Part shown: positions 63,786 to 64,000 of the stretch, piece after piece | Layout of the letters: every line of letters begins with the position of its first letter | Position numbering within the stretch: the first letter of the stretch is position 1 | Sequence record: OR896822.1 | Source of the DNA: Salmonella phage vB_SenS-3 | DNA: 64,000 nt | Strand: one strand, 5' to 3' | The notes under the pieces: model-generated | What the model was told of the DNA's origin: nothing | Database searches by the model: none | What the model saw: the letters and a program-made list of their open reading frames with translations, nothing else | Program-made: the position numbers and the translations under genes

Positions 63786-64000
63786 ATGAAGGCAGCTTTG
63801 CTTTTAATAGCTGCCCTAACCTATAGCTTCAATAGTCATGCTACCTACGACGCTAAACAGATTGATTGCATTGCAAAAAATGTCTATTTTGAGAGCCGAG
63901 GTGAGGGCACGAAGGGAATGGTTGCAGTTGCACAGGTCACCAAAAACCGTGTTAACTCTGGTACATTCCCGGATTCTTACTGTAAAGTAGTATATCAGTC
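63786..64000 (+). CDS. secreted cell-wall hydrolase, SleB/CwlJ-like (3' partial at window edge)
   Basis: ATG at 63786; signal-peptide-like MKAALLLIAALTYSFNSHA; motif AKNVYFESRGE...GMVAVAQVTKNRV...FPDSYCKVVYQ resembles the Hydrolase_2 (SleB) family; truncated by window end. Confidence 0.5.
   Translation, partial: MKAALLLIAALTYSFNSHATYDAKQIDCIAKNVYFESRGEGTKGMVAVAQVTKNRVNSGTFPDSYCKVVYQ

Noticed and set aside
1-64000. CRISPR arrays, integrase or other lysogeny genes, transposases/IS elements
   Set aside because: No spacer-repeat periodicity, no tyrosine or serine recombinase motifs, and no inverted-repeat-flanked transposase ORFs recognised; organisation is that of a virulent T5-like phage

Overview
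The window reads as a contiguous piece of a T5-like virulent siphovirus genome (Tequintavirus-type organisation), in three modules. (1) 1-22.7 kb, + strand: late morphogenesis genes from large terminase through portal, Ig-domain decoration protein, prohead protease, major capsid protein, connector proteins, tail tube, chaperones, a 1235-aa tape measure protein, distal tail protein, baseplate hub, tip protein and a 755-aa L-shaped-fibre-like protein. (2) 23.8-51.6 kb, - strand: early replication/recombination genes (dUTPase, flap endonuclease, Mre11/Rad50-like pair, SF2 helicase, family A DNA polymerase, DnaG-like primase, DnaB-like helicase, a split NAD-dependent ligase, a primase-helicase-like protein, anaerobic RNR NrdD), interspersed with HNH endonucleases and small accessory genes including a Sir2-like protein. 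(3) 52-64 kb, + strand: early nucleotide-metabolism genes (PhoH, NrdA, NrdB, DHFR, thymidylate synthase, RNase H) plus small unknown genes, each preceded by a sigma70 consensus-like promoter of the classical T5 early type. No rRNA, tRNA, CRISPR array, integrase or transposase was recognised. The most unusual loci are: a GC-rich glycine-rich moron-like gene between the fibre gene and the early module, interrupted by an in-frame TAG and followed in frame by a 24-nt poly(A) tract; a tandem paralog pair in which one copy carries an in-frame TAG after 14 codons; a roughly 480-nt GC-richer untranslated leader upstream of the primase-helicase gene; and Sir2-like and HslV-like accessory proteins. All calls rest on reading the sequence and the supplied ORF track, with motif recognition from memory; no database search was run, and T5 protein names (pb/p/D numbers) are assigned by size and synteny only.
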